Below are positions 25,417-39,415 of a stretch of DNA of 64,000 nucleotides, one piece after another. Source of the stretch: Adineta vaga. Lineage: Eukaryota; Animalia; Rotifera. Numbering within the stretch: position 1 is the first letter of the stretch; every line of letters begins with the position of its first letter. The translations under genes and the position numbers were made by a program. The notes beneath the pieces were generated by a model that searched no databases, was not told where the DNA came from, and saw only the letters and a program-made list of their open reading frames with translations. Location of the stretch: positions 9,796,001-9,860,000 of the forward strand of contig CP075494.1 of assembly GCA_021613535.1 (NCBI GenBank), written 5' to 3'.

Positions 25417-26874
25417 ATAGAATATACATATATATCCATGTATATATTGATGTAATTTCGTTTTTCTTTTCTATTTCTCAGGGATCGAATTCGATTAGAT
25501 TTTGTATTTAATCTATCTTTTCTTTATCTATCTAACATGTACAATCATTTATGTTTTCTTTCGTTCTTTGTGTCTATGTGTACTGTTTTGTCTATTGCGA
25601 ACAAATAACAGATCTTCATTTCATATTTTCTTCCGTTTGATTTCACTTTCTTTTGTGCCTATGAAAATTGAAGAAAGAATATTAAAAAAAAAGTACGAAT
25701 TTACGTTTATGTAAATAAATATTTAACATGAAGAGATAACAAGAACAGATTTTCTATGGTTTTTCTATTACGTCAATTATCGAAAATGTAAAGATGTTCA
25801 CAAGAAAATATAAGGTATTTATTAACAGTTTTTCTTGATTATAGTTTTACAATATTTTCTTATTTTTATAGTGGTTCAAATTAAACGCTGTTTCAGTTGC
25901 CTCACAAATTTAATATTCATTGCTTTGCCATATGTATATCAATGTACGTTGAAGTTTAATCAAATTCTCCTAAGACTTGTTTTTTAATAACCTTTACTTC
26001 TCTTTCGATAAATCGTTTTTTTCGCAATATACTTGCTACTCTCTTTTCTTTGCATTCTCATTTGTGGCTTTCAAAGCATGTTATTTATTCAAATAAACAT
26101 TACAGATTTACCAATAAATTGTATGAATATTCTATCAAATAGCGAAAGACTATACATTATTATACAAAACCATTCATTCATAGCGAAGAGCTTGTTCAAT
26201 CTAATTATATAAGAAAATATATCGTCGTCCGATTCGTTCATGTATAAAGAAATGTTGATGATTTTTGACAAGCTTTTCTAATTGTCTCGAACGTTAGTTC
26301 ACAAACTATTGATAGTATAGAGAGACAGCTACCTTGACTCTCTCATACAATTAATCATGACATACCTCAATGAAAGGTTTACAGAGACAATGATTCATTA
26401 TCATTCATATAATTTTAAAAAATTTAATTTTCTCACATTGATAGTAAATTTCTTTTTCTTTATTGTAAATTCATTTTATTGCAATTTTATAAAATGCATT
26501 GAATTATATGTTCACTTTTTTCTTTGTTCACATCAAAAATAATTTCAAGCTTTAATTTTCTCATTTGATATGGTTTTAGTTAGACTGAAACAAGGTGAAT
26601 GGTTTTGATTACCTCGATTTTTTAAATAAATTTTGTTTTAAAAATTCATATATTCGATTAATCATCGTCTAATTGATTATTTCAGCGTAAAATCCTAAGC
26701 GCTACATAGAAGGTGAGATAAACATTATCAAGCCTTGATAAAGTGCAAACAATAGAAACGTACTGTTCTTTCTTTTGTATTGACTATATGTGTGTGTGTA
26801 TATATATATGCCTGATACCCTCTATTGAAATTATGAAATATTCACACTGCTATAAATTTGAAAAATGTTCAATA

Positions 26875-28249
26875 TTAACAGGATGCTGGAATGAACCGTT
26901 TTGTTGCTTTATCGTATATTTCTGTAATATATTTTCGTTGTGGTTGATCATTAGTTGAACGTTGATGTGTTGGATAAGGATTTATTATATCCCATCGTTC
27001 ATCTAATGTTGTATACGGAAATTGATCAACATACGTAACTTGCATACGACCAAGTTGATTGGTATGTGGTCGTGGTGCTTCCGAAGAAGAACGTTTAACA
27101 AGATTTGATATGATAAGACTTTGTCGTTTTTTCGCTAAGTCAATATCATATGATTCATTGGGTTCAATAATGACATTGGCGAATTGCAATTTGTCTTTGG
27201 GTGGATGAGTAATCTTTTGAACTTCTTTAACAGCAGGTATGACTTTAACCGGGCTTTGTGGAAGATGAATTGTTTCAATCTAAATCATGGATAAATAAGA
27301 GTAAAGAAAGTTTTGAATCAATCATTCTATACTTTGTCAAGTGACGATTCTTTGGTTGAAACTTGAATTGGAATGACATGAATTGAATCAGCACTAGCTG
27401 ATGATTGAAGACTTGATGTTTTACCTAAACTTGATGAATCAATTGAGGAAATAGTTGGTGGAGTTGATAGTTCAACTGTTGGACATTGAGGTGGTGCTAA
27501 AATAATAGGAGCTGTTGATGGTGGAGCTGCAGATACTTTTCGTTGAATAGGAATTTCTGAAGTGGGTGTATTATTCTTAGCTGCATTCATCATTGCTGCT
27601 CCTTCACGTTGACGGCGACGGTCAACAAGAAAGCGATCATAAAGAATCAATTGTTTCAAAAAACCATCATTAGGTAAAACACATGGACGAGCTTTAACGA
27701 CATGAACAAGACACTGTTCCAAGGAAACGTTATATGTTCGCATCAAATAACCAATAACAATAGCTGGTGATCGACTAATGGAAAAATGAAAAATATTCAT
27801 TGATTCTCAGATGTTTCCCTCTTCTTTTCTCCTTCTTGTTCTTCTTACCTTTGCCCGTGACTACAATGAACAAGTACACGAGATTTGACTCGTCTTGCTT
27901 CATCAATGAATGCAAATGCTTGATCAAATGCTCGTAGAATATTTTCTCGATCATCATCACGAAGATCAATCGTTAATGTACGTATATCACTTGAATAATA
28001 TGGACATACTTCAACATCACGTATAGCAACATTTAAAATATAACGAATGCCTAATTTTGTTAAATGATTTGTATCATGAGCAGATATACAGTTGCCAAGA
28101 AATAAATAGGGTTCAAGAATCATCGATGGTTCTGTAACATTGAAATGTGTTTTAAATAAACGATGTAAACGACCAAGCCGAGCTTCGGCAGCTAACATCT
28201 GCGCAAGATTTGTTGCGTCTGTTGGATGCAACTGCTTCATATGAGACAT
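26875..28249 (-). CDS. Atypical dual-specificity phosphatase
   Basis: PYLFLGN, YILNVA, spliced active site HCSHGQSRSPAIVIGYLM, RPCVLPNDGFLKQL; low-complexity C-terminal tail; no rhodanese domain. Confidence 0.9.
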
Positions 28250-29117
28250 TTTTCAGTATGAAAGAAACGAGTGACGATCGATCGAATGATGACGACAAGA
28301 AGCGAGACGAACAAATGACGATGCAAATGTTCTGTGTATGTATATATATATATGTACGTATGATTCGAGTCCCGCTTTTTATTTATGTTCTTTCTTTCGT
28401 CTTTTTTCCTTCTTCTTCTTCTTTACTCTCGCTTACTCGCTTTCTTTACTGCGGTTTTTATATTATTTCAAATAAGAATAGTATGCGGGCATCCATGCAC
28501 GCCTACATGCAGCAATACATCTAGATAATATGTATAATGAACGAAGAGATGATGACACATATAGTGATTGTGTGAATATGATAGAGAGAAAAAAGACGAA
28601 GAAGTAAGTTTTGATAAGATGAATATACTTTAAACACCAATCAAGGTATAACGATAATAAAAATAAACCGAGATTGATATATATTTAAATTGCCTAAAAC
28701 TTCATATAAAATATGCTAAAAAAATCCAAATAAAGTATTTTTACCTTGACTTTAATTGCCTCTAAATATGTTTTGTTTTTTTTATTTAGCATTGAAGAAG
28801 TAATAATTGATGTCTGTTTTGACTTCGGTCATTAACCATATCGAAAAATAGATATCAAAGCAGGCGAATTTCTAATAAATTAACTTCTAAAAACAAATGA
28901 GATTGTTTTACGCTTGTACGCAATATTTACCGAAATTTAATGACAAAAAACAATCAATAAAAGAAAAAAAAACTTTTCCGTAGACAATATTTCGTTTTAA
29001 CGATCAATTATCGTTTCCTGTATATGTGTGTAACATTCTTCAACTAAATTTGGTTGTATCGTCGTCAATCTAATCAGAATATCATTGAAAACCGTAACGA
29101 ATTGATACTATTATTGA

Positions 29118-32100
29118 TTAAAAGTATTGTAACTGATCAGATTTATGTCCTTGATCGACTACAAGCAAACTTTGTTCAGCAAGTGTTCTGATAAGATTTT
29201 CTTTGGTATTCGCATGATAAACTGATATGTAATCGGTATTATCTTCATGATATTCAACTTTTATTAAACATTCGTTGTTTTTTGTAGCATCGAATAATGC
29301 ATTTCGAATTTTTTCTCTTTGATCTACACCGAATGGTAGTCGAACGTAAGCCAATTCGTATTTATGAGCTTTCACAGGCAATTGTGCATAATCTAGATAG
29401 ATTAGAGAGAGAATTCAATTGGCAATAAAAATCTCAAAGAAAACTATATGAGTTGTGTGAATTGCAGTCGTGAAGTACTCTTGCGGTTTTTAATTGAATG
29501 TACTATTCATTGAAGCTTTTGATATTCTTAGAGTTGTGTGATAGACAAAATCAATGAATTTTAATATTTTGACATCCATTTCTCCTCACCTTTAGATGGT
29601 CAACGTGGATATCACTATAGAAAAGTGAACACATAATGTACAGATAAACTTTATAATCTTTCGGACATTCGACCTTATGTTCATTCAATAGGTGAAACGA
29701 GATACTTTGTGATATATGTTGAAATTACTCATGTGATCATGAAATTCGAAATTTTCATATTTGAATTTTTTTTCTTGATTTTATCTGTAAAGTGTTGGTT
29801 TATGAGGAGAAAAAATCGTACGTACCAGATGGTAATAACATCAGTCGATTCAAATCTGTAATTATTTCTCGATTACCATAATCAACGAAGTAAACGGATA
29901 TATGATTATTTTCTTCAATTTTTTCTACACATGCACGATACCATTGATTATCGATTGAAAAACGTGCAGCTAATAATTCATTTTCTTCAGGAATATATTC
30001 CTCATTAGATTCTGTCGAGATGAATAGTTCTTGTAAATCAGATTGTAGTTGCTCAAGAGCTTGTATTTGTTCTGAATATTGAAAATAAAGTCTTAAATCA
30101 GATGTAATGTGAGAAATAGCACCACGACGAAAATGTGAATCGTTAAAATCAATTGTATTATTCATTTCGCTTATACTTTCGTCTGACAAATGGAAAAAAT
30201 GAATTGATTTTTATCTCAATTAGAATTCAATATACCTGCAGTTGTATATTCACTTTGATTGTCATTATCATCGTCACTATTCTCTGCTAATGATTCTTCA
30301 TAATCAATCCAAATACCAAGACGTTCTTTTCGACTTTTTTCTTCTGCTTCTAATAATTCTTTATGATCTGCTCTGCCGTATACCGAAGAATGTACTTTAG
30401 CAAGACCGACTTGAACAAGCATTAATGTCACAGATCGTTTTTCTTCAGTTAATAAACGACCGATAAAATTACCTCCACGATCAATACCTTGGATGTCTAC
30501 ATAAACATTCCTAAATGAATAAAATAAATTCATTATGTTTTAAAGCTATCTTTACAAAGCATCAAATAGAACGACTCAATCATATGTCAGAGTCTTCGAT
30601 CGGACATGCCTATAGAATTAAAGCGTCTGGACCCTCAAGATTTTACCGTTGTAAAAAGTTTTCTTCGGAAAAAGCTAATGCTTCAGCACCAAATGGTTCA
30701 TTATCTTTTTTCTGTGAATTATGATCAACAGTTGAACATCGTTCGAAACGTGGGCAATTGATAGATGACAATAATAACGATATAACGAAATCATTTTTTA
30801 ATAGATGTATTCGAAAACGTGAACCACTAACAATAAACTCTACAACACCTTCCATCCAATTATTACGTTGAAGATTATTCAATAAGCTTTTCGCTCGTGA
30901 TTTGTTTTCATCACCTACAAGATCTATAACTGAACGAAGACTACTACCAGATGAAAATAATCCAAGTGCTTTTTGTTCTGCTCGATGTTCAGCAATGAGA
31001 AGAGCATCTTATCAAAAGCAAATTCTTATTTCAAACAATTAACTCATAAAATTCTTACCATAGTGTGATGATCGTCGTTTGTCATCTTGCTGATGTCTGA
31101 TTGCTTTTGCTAAACCTTTTGAGATCAATGTTTCAGCAATATTAACATTGTCGATATAAACAGTACAACAGGTTCTTTCGGAATAACCATTACTTGCTGG
31201 TTGAATATAATCATTAATAATCTGAACAGTTTGACCAATCAATTGCTTTCGAAGTATTTCTCGTGCTTCGAATAGATATGGGATTTCATAGAGTGGTCGT
31301 TTCAATTTTTGTTGTCGCTTTGAATTCGAAAGATTTTGACTAAGTTTTAGTTGAAAATCAACAGCACGTGGAGCACGAACAGATGAAAGATAGATTTTTT
31401 TAACTTGATTATCACTTAAATCTCGAACGATCAAAGCATCACCATTTACAACTTCCAATACATGACCCTGAAACAAAGAAACCTACAAAAATTATAAGAT
31501 TCAAATTATTTTACCTGATATACTTCTGCAGACAGACCATTCGATATTGTTTCATTAGTATGACTTCTTTGTACACTATAATTGTGCCAAATTTTTAGAT
31601 GATTATCTTTTGCAAAATTTTCGGCTGTTCGATATTGTTCTCTTGAATCCGATTTCAAAAAAGTTAAACTCCAATCAGCACATCGAGCTAAACCTTCTTT
31701 CAATAGATAGAGTGCAATATCTCCATTCGGATGTAAAAGTGTTCCAACTAAAGTTTGCTTATTAACACCACTAATAATAACTTTCACTTGACGTTGTAAT
31801 AAACGTTCTTCAACATATTGTTTGGCTTCTTCAGCATACGGTTCATGTGTAGAATTGTCTTCGTGTTTGAACATCGGACATCGAATACCAGCTAATTGAA
31901 TTGTTACAAAATAACAGGATGGTAATAATAAACAACGAACTGTATTTCCATCGCGTATGAACTCAACGATAGCATCCAAAGGTGGTAAAGATTGATAATG
32001 ATTCACAAATAGTTGAGGATTATCTATAGTCCATTGCACATTTCTGATGTGATTAGCGACAGAAGTTTTTGAATACCGTCCACGTTTATTTGCTTTTGCT

Positions 32101-32540
32101 TGTTTATCAAGTAGAACTAAACGTTGATATGAAGTATTAATCACAAATGAATCAATTTGCTTTTGTAAATATACAAGTCCTTCAGATACTAATGATTCAA
32201 TTATGTTTTCACCGGTTTCACTGTCTTTACCTAAATAAATTGTACATATTGTTCGATTACGTTCTGAAATTCTAGTATCAACTGTATAACAAATATTTTG
32301 TCCAATTAATTTTTGTCGTAAATATTCACGAGCTTCAAATGCATACGGTTTATCAACAGTGAATTGAGTTTTTCCAGTTGAATCACGTGAAAAATGAGCT
32401 AATTTTGGTGCTTTAATATAATTTAAAGAAATGCGTTGTTCATTCTCATTTGATAATGCATATGTAATCGGTTTTATTACAAGTGTATCACCAGAAATCG
32501 TTGACTTGACAACCGCATGCCGTAGTGTTATCAATGACAT
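29118..32540 (-). CDS. SND1: Tudor staphylococcal nuclease (divergent; C-terminus appears shortened)
   Basis: Four SN repeats (SGDTL, PYAFEAREYLRQKLIG, VEFIRDGNTVR, VEFIVSGSRFR) plus Tudor ARFSIDNQWYRA...FVDYGNRE and the SN5 remainder. Confidence 0.9.
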
Positions 32541-32636
32541 ACAAGTAGGATCTAAAATATAGAATTTATGTTTTCCATTGAAAGACAGTGTTTTTTGTGC
32601 AAAGATGAAAAGAAAATACAAAAAAAAAGGAATTCT

Positions 32637-33286
32637 TTAATCAGGATGCGATAGTGATAAAACTGGACAAAATTCAATTGTAAGAACATATTCTTGTACA
32701 GTATTATTGTTCGAATATTTTTGTTGTGTTAATTTCCAATGTAAACCGAGTCGATGATAGAGACGAGCATTTTCAGATTGAAGAACTCGATTGACGGCAT
32801 TTTTCGAACGTCTATTTAACCATACGACAGGACATAATGAAAGACCGATTGTGCAACAACAACATATACAACCAAAAATTAACCTTGAATAAAAATGAAC
32901 AAAATACATGTCAAAAGATAAAGTTAATCTCATATTCGATTTCTTCTTTTCCTCCTCTTGCTGCTGCTGCTGCTCAAATAACATTTCAAACACATGATAA
33001 GATAAACTTACCATTTGAAATGATTTGGAATATTTTTTCTTAGAATTGTATTTACACGTTTGATTGTTTCATGATATTCTTCTCGAGAAACTTTATGTGC
33101 TAAACCTTGAGGAAATTCTTCATCAAATTGATTATTTAATGCAAAGACAGTTATATGGCCAGTACCACGAATAATAATTGGTTCGATTAATCGTTGTATA
33201 TACGTAGGAATCAAATCATTGTTATCATCATTCGTCGTAGAGAAATCAAGTGAATGTTGTTCAGATAGAACATCCACTTCATCCAT
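32637..33286 (-). CDS. Cysteine-rich hydrophobic domain protein (CHIC1/2, Erf4 family)
   Basis: EPIIIRGTGHITVFALNNQF; W|LIFGCICCCCTIGLSLCPVVWLNRR; ends EFCPVLSLSHPD. Confidence 0.9.
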
Positions 33287-33615
33287 TTTAATATGTTCTT
33301 TACTGTTGACTCATTATCTAAAAATAATCTTTTTTTTTTCGTTTCTACGTTTTTTTTTGCCAATCAATAGTACAAAAGTTCTTCGATAGAAAGAAAGGAG
33401 AAGAAAAAACAGAATGAAGAAAAAACGAAATATTCTAAAAGATTCGTATGCTTCATTACTATATCGAAGAGACGGGCTGTGTAAATGAAATACCAAGTCG
33501 ACCTTTGGTCGGAACTGTATAAATATTAGATTTCTGATTCATAGTCAAATGTTTTTTTATTAAACAATTAGATATTCGTAAGTTCATTAGATTTATTTTT
33601 TTAATAGAAACAAAA

Positions 33616-34689
33616 ATGAAAACAAAAGCAGTCGTTCGACATCGTTTAATTCGTCTAATTATTGCTCATATTCTATGTGCAATTCATATGGGACTGTCAA
33701 TCTATGTTCTTTATGCTATCAAGGTTAAAACACAATTATATTTTATTCCGTTATTTGGAACGATTTTATTCGGTGTTGAAGCCATTTTCTCTCTCGTGTT
33801 TTATCGATGTAAAGAATATTTTCGTGGTTTTTCAATTCTCGTATTAGTTTATTCAATCACAATTATTGCTTCCATTTGGGTACTTGAATTACATCGAATC
33901 AATGAACTTAAACAAGATGCATGGAAAACAGTAACCATCTCATTTCATCCATTTCCAACACGATTCGGTGATGTTCCGGGACCATGGGTAAAACCAAAAG
34001 ATTTCTTACAAAATTTTAAATACATATGGTCACAAATTGAAATTCAAGTCTATCTTTTTCTTCTACTTATCTTACGTGCCTTACTACCTAAACAAGATTC
34101 TGTATCTTACTTTGGTAAAACCGATCTTCTATTTAAATATTTTGCAACCGGTATGGATCTATTAGATTTTATTGATCTATTAACTTATCCTCAACTCTAT
34201 ATGAATTCAAAACTTGTTTATGCAACTCTATCTGTATGGTCAATTAGTTGTTTACAATTCGTTATTTATGTACCCGAAGTCAAAGATAATAAATTAAAAG
34301 AATTACATTCATTTTTAACTAATTCATTTCTAATTACATTTCTTATGGATGTACCATTCCTTGTCGTACGGATATATGCAATATTCGGATGTGGAAAACA
34401 TGATTATACGAGTTACTTTTTCGTCTTTAAAAATATCGTTGTTATATTATTACAAATTGCACGTATACAAGCAATTTTTGTCGAACGCAATTCTCATCGG
34501 AAAGATCAATTAGAAAAACTTACGTATATACCGCAAGCACCATTTAATACACGAGTAAAATCTCGACAATTATCTCAACCAGTAACAAATAATGGAACAG
34601 GAGCTCGAATTATGTTTTCGAATTATTGGCAAAATGATCGAACTAGACAACCAGGTGATGGTAGATTTACAAATGCTAGTAATGTTTAA
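33616..34689 (+). CDS. TMEM26-family multi-pass membrane protein (intronless)
   Basis: ATGMDLLDF, LVYATLSVWSISCLQF, MDVPFLVVRI, FFVFKNIVVILLQIARI motifs. Confidence 0.8.
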   Translation: MKTKAVVRHRLIRLIIAHILCAIHMGLSIYVLYAIKVKTQLYFIPLFGTILFGVEAIFSLVFYRCKEYFRGFSILVLVYSITIIASIWVLELHRINELKQDAWKTVTISFHPFPTRFGDVPGPWVKPKDFLQNFKYIWSQIEIQVYLFLLLILRALLPKQDSVSYFGKTDLLFKYFATGMDLLDFIDLLTYPQLYMNSKLVYATLSVWSISCLQFVIYVPEVKDNKLKELHSFLTNSFLITFLMDVPFLVVRIYAIFGCGKHDYTSYFFVFKNIVVILLQIARIQAIFVERNSHRKDQLEKLTYIPQAPFNTRVKSRQLSQPVTNNGTGARIMFSNYWQNDRTRQPGDGRFTNASNV

Positions 34690-35816
34690 ATATATCTAAA
34701 ACAAGGAAGAAAGACTAAATTTTCTTTGTTGTCGACTGAAAAGATCTCACCTGTTCTAGATTAGGCTTTCCGCTGAATGATATGATGTTTCTCGATCGCT
34801 TCTCACGCTCAAGATTTGATTTCTCAAGTATGTTTTTTTGCTGTGAATGTGCTTTTCTTTCGACCTTTTAAATCGATTAAAAACTCCTTGCAAACGCAGT
34901 ACAGTATTCTAATAACATACCACTTTTGGTTTTACTCACATATTGCAGATCCTTCTTGATCTGTATGTAACATTGTGTTTTAATTGAAACTGTCGAAAAG
35001 ATAACTTTTATTAGATAAAAATGAAATTGTCTCATATTATATACATGTCATCATGATGAAATATTGCTTTTTGTTTATGTCAGAATATTGCCAGTATGTT
35101 GGGTATTTCTTGGATAATTAGTAATTTTAAAAAATTATTCTCAGTTGTGAAATTATTAATACAAAAATAAACGAGAGAACGCAATGAATGACTATGAAAA
35201 AAAACACATCTTTTCATCCCGATAGTGACACAAAACGAGAACGAACGATCAAAACTCCAATGAGAACCAATTAAAAACATGATAAATTTAAGATATATAC
35301 AGCGAGTAGCGACATGTCATTGATTTTATTCGAAAGAATAGCAATAAAAAGGTTCTATAACCATCTACATATCATTACTGAATTGAGCATTTCTTTTGGC
35401 AATCTTCTACATACATGAGTAGTAGATGGCGCTTCGTATTAGTTACAGATACTTTTTTTGTTCATTTTAATATTTGATTGATTGACAGATGAAATTCTTA
35501 GAAACAAACCATTGTTTCAAATTTAATGATAGATTGAATTTCATATGGAGATTTACTATTTATCGTTTAAGTCTCATCTTTTGATGAAAACATTTAGAAA
35601 TAAAGTAAAAGAATAAGTGAGATTTTGAATAGTTGTATCTGTATCTAAATTCTTTCCTTTTTGCTTTACTTTTTTTTCGATCTTTCATGGCTCTTCTGTA
35701 CAAATGACAGGATTTAACAATAAATCAATGCAAAAATGAAGTGAACAACTAAAATGGCACATACAACACAAACAAAAGTAATAAACAGAAAAAAAACGTA
35801 TGATATATGATCATCC

Positions 35817-36964
35817 TTATGGACTTTCGTTTTCCACTACATTTACCGGCTCATTTTCGATACCAAATCCACCAGCTGGAAATGCTGAATGTCCAAGACC
35901 ATATAAATGACCTGAATATTTTCCTTCATCAATAGAATCTTCGAAGAAGAGTTCTTTCATTTTAAAAAACGCTAAGCCTGTCATTAAACTGTCACTACCA
36001 GCTTGATGTTGTGGACCAATACGTTCAATCTATATAAGAAAAAAGATCACCATTCTAGTTAATAGAATAGAAAAGCGAATCTAAAATATTTACCTCAAGT
36101 TGTTTAGCTACTTCTTCTAAACCACCTTTGAGATTTTTGCAACTTTTCATTAAATATTTGACATCATAGATTGTTGGAAAGAAGATTTTCAATAATTCGA
36201 AAAATTCATTTTCAATATCTGGTAATAATTTTCCAGTCAACATTTTAAGAAGATATCCAAAATCATATCCACTATATAATATTAAAAAAAAAGAAATCAG
36301 TCAAATATGTGAAAATATATGAAAACATACGCATGAAATGAAAGCCATGTGATATTCTCCATAAACACGACACCTGATGTTGTTAACAATTCAGCAAATA
36401 GATGTGGATCGATACCATCTTCTTCATGTTTTTTAAATTGTATACCAGATTTTTGTAGAAGTTCTATTGAGTCTTGAGCATACATATCCATCCTAAAATA
36501 GAATCAAACGATGTGATTGAAGAAAAACAAGCACGGTCATCAAATTGGCCATTTGTTTAGTTTTGTTAATGTCAAAGTTAGTTCTGAGATCTGCTAGACT
36601 TACGTTAAATTAAAATTGAAATTAAATTGATATGAACAGATACCAGGTGGACTTTTGCCTTGACTATCCATGAATGTTAAACCGAGTTGGATAATTTTCA
36701 AAAAGTCCACATTTAATTTCAAACATTGGTATTGATATTCAGCTGTTGTTTTGAATTCTCCCAACGGTCGAACAACAATACCGGGAAATTCCGTATCCTT
36801 AAAACGAACACAAGATATCATGAGAATTTACGAAGAAAAATCAAACTAACCATAGCAACATAAGGGTATTTTAGAATCAGTTTTCTAATTGCACGAAATT
36901 CTTCTTCAACATTATGTGCCCATACATCTTTAATTGTATAGGAAGGAATTGGTTCTTCTGGCAT
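35817..36964 (-). CDS. CNOT7: CCR4-NOT deadenylase CAF1 (CNOT7/8)
   Basis: DVWAHN, YVAM|DTEFPG, SFH|[21 protein letters not shown]. Confidence 0.93.
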
Positions 36965-37272
36965 CTTAGATTTCTATTTCTACAAAAGAAAAAACAATAG
37001 ATATAAATGAAATATTCAATAAATATGACGTACTTTAACAAAAGTACATGACCAATAAAGAGATAGATTTCTCAGTTTTGTCTTTATATTGGAATATTGA
37101 ATGATGAAATCTATGCATATGCAAAGCATATTGGAGAAAAGCTTCATGGAATATTTCTAACCAATCAATAACAACATTTTAATGAAGAAAACTGAAATCA
37201 AGCGACATCTGTCGTTTGAATATTTATATGTTTATTACTGTATGAAAACAAAAAAATTTAGAAAATATTTAA

Positions 37273-37605
37273 TCATTCATCTTCATATTTCATTTGGTCT
37301 TCTGAATGTTTAGATTGACTACATTTTGCCATACATTCTTCTTCATTTTCAAAACGATTTGCATTGCCTACAAATAAAGTAACTAAAGTTTTATATGGCA
37401 TTCGTTTTTCTTTCGTATGTATACCTTCACAACCACCGTAAATAAATTCTTTACATTGATTCGTTGATGGATTGAAATAAAATGACGGAAACATTCCACG
37501 ACATGGACCTGTTGTATGTGGCAATTCACATATAGCAGATCGTGTACACCGAACAATAACTGTTAATGAATACGACAAAATAAGCAGAAATATTAGTTTA
37601 CTCAT
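37273..37605 (-). CDS. Secreted single-domain Kunitz/BPTI protease inhibitor (P1 = Arg)
   Basis: Signal peptide; CELPHTTGPCRG...CKEFIYGGCEG|NANRFENEEECMAKC; 57-nt intron at 37368-37424. Confidence 0.92.
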   Translation of the reverse strand: MSKLIFLLILSYSLTVIVRCTRSAICELPHTTGPCRGMFPSFYFNPSTNQCKEFIYGGCEGIHTKEKRMPYKTLVTLFVGNANRFENEEECMAKCSQSKHSEDQMKYEDE

Positions 37606-38066
37606 AGCTGAAAATGATTGTATGATGGAAGATAAGAGTAGACTTTAAAAAAAAGAAGAGAACGATTTATGTCCTTATTTTGAGACGATCGGGTTCGATA
37701 TAATGGAATTAGAAAGAAACAAATATGAGTTATAAAATATATGATTAATATCTTTTCACGTCGACGAATAATATGGAAGATATTTGATAAGTATGACAGA
37801 ATTGATGACGTGGCTCTTTAAGAATAGATTTATTCTCATGTATTTTTCGTAAGTAAATCGTAAACATCAATCTCAGAAAAAATAGAAAATGTATATGATT
37901 AGAAATTGGTTATTTATTCTATGATTTAAACATAATAATTATACAAAATTTCGTGATGAAGAAAAGATATACAATTCTAAACAGACATAAATGAAGAGCA
38001 AAAAAAAAAGAAGTCGAAATTAATGTAGAAAAGATATGCTTATATGCTAAGAAAGAAGAAGCATAA

Positions 38067-39415
38067 TTAAAATTCAGCATCAAGTGTAAATCGTTGTTCA
38101 GTTGCAGATGTCATTACACCTGCTCGTTGATAATCACCGACCCGTTTTTCAAAAAAATTTGTTTTACCAGTGATTGAAATATTATTCATAAAATCAAATG
38201 GACAATCACAATGATAGATCTATTTAAAAAATAGTCAAGTATGAATGACTTTCAAGAAATTCTAAATAAGATAACTTACTCTCGAACAACCCAGTTCAAT
38301 TAAAAGACGATCAGCAACAAATTTAATATATTGTTCCATGGCTGCAGCATTCATTCCAATAAGTGAACATGGTAAAGCATCAGTGAGAAATTCAATCTCA
38401 AGATTTACAGCTTCACGAAGAATTTCTTCAATTCGTTCAACACTTGGTTTATGAACAATATGTCCAAATAATAAACAAGCAAAATCCGTATGTAAACCCT
38501 TTAAAACAAGAAACGAACAATGTTTTCAATCAACACATTTCTAATTCTCACGTACTTCATCTCGACTGATTAATTCATTGCTAAATGTTAAACCAGGCAT
38601 CACACCACGTTCACGTAACCAAAAAATTGATGCAAATGATCCACTAAAAAAGATACCTTCAACACATGCAAATGCAACTAATCGTTCAGCAAATGGTGTT
38701 TTTTTGTTCATCCAACGAATAGCCCAATCGGCTTTCTTTTTCACATATGGTAACGTTGAAATGGCATTGAATAAAATATCTCTACAAAGAAAAGTGCTCG
38801 CATTTAGTTATCCAATTTCTTTCGAAATCTACCGTTCACGTGGATCTTTAATGTACGTATCAATCAATAAACTATACATTTCCGAATGAATATTTTCAAT
38901 TGCTATTTGAAAACCATAGAAACAACGTGCTTCAGGTAATTGAACTTCGGATGAAAATTTTTCTATCTAATAACCAAGTAAGAACATGATACATTCAGAT
39001 AAAGCTTGAATGATGAATTATTTTCTTTATACATACTAAATTTTCTCCAACAATTCCATCGCTTGCTGCAAAGAAGGCTAAGACATTTTTGATAAAATAT
39101 TGTTCATCAGACGTTAAATTTATCCAATCTTTCATATCATTTGCTAAATCAACTTCTTCACATGTCCAAACAGATGCTAATGCACGTTTATAATAATTCC
39201 ATATATCAGGATATCTTATGGGAAATAAAACATAACGTGAAGGATTTTCACGTAAAAGTGGTTCGTCATCTTTGAGAGATTTGACGAAATCATTCTGAAA
39301 GAAGAACAAATTCTACCGATGTAGAATGAAATCATATTTTGAATAGTAAACTTACATTTAACACATCTTCTTCGATAAGATCAGTTTCACTAGTTGAAAT
39401 AGTTATGTCCCGCAT
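38067..39415 (-). CDS. RRM2: Ribonucleotide reductase small subunit
   Basis: [40 protein letters not shown]|GLH, ends FTLDAEF. Confidence 0.95.

Noticed and set aside
25450-26870. Several short hydrophobic ORFs
   Set aside because: Phe/Ile/Leu-rich translations typical of AT-rich UTR or intergenic DNA; no motifs or splice-consistent model
33616-34689. Intronless gene as a possible horizontal transfer
   Set aside because: Motifs match the animal TMEM26 family; lacking introns is not evidence of foreign origin
34740-34950. Possible C/D snoRNA downstream of TMEM26
   Set aside because: Only partial box matches, no terminal stem and no recognisable rRNA guide
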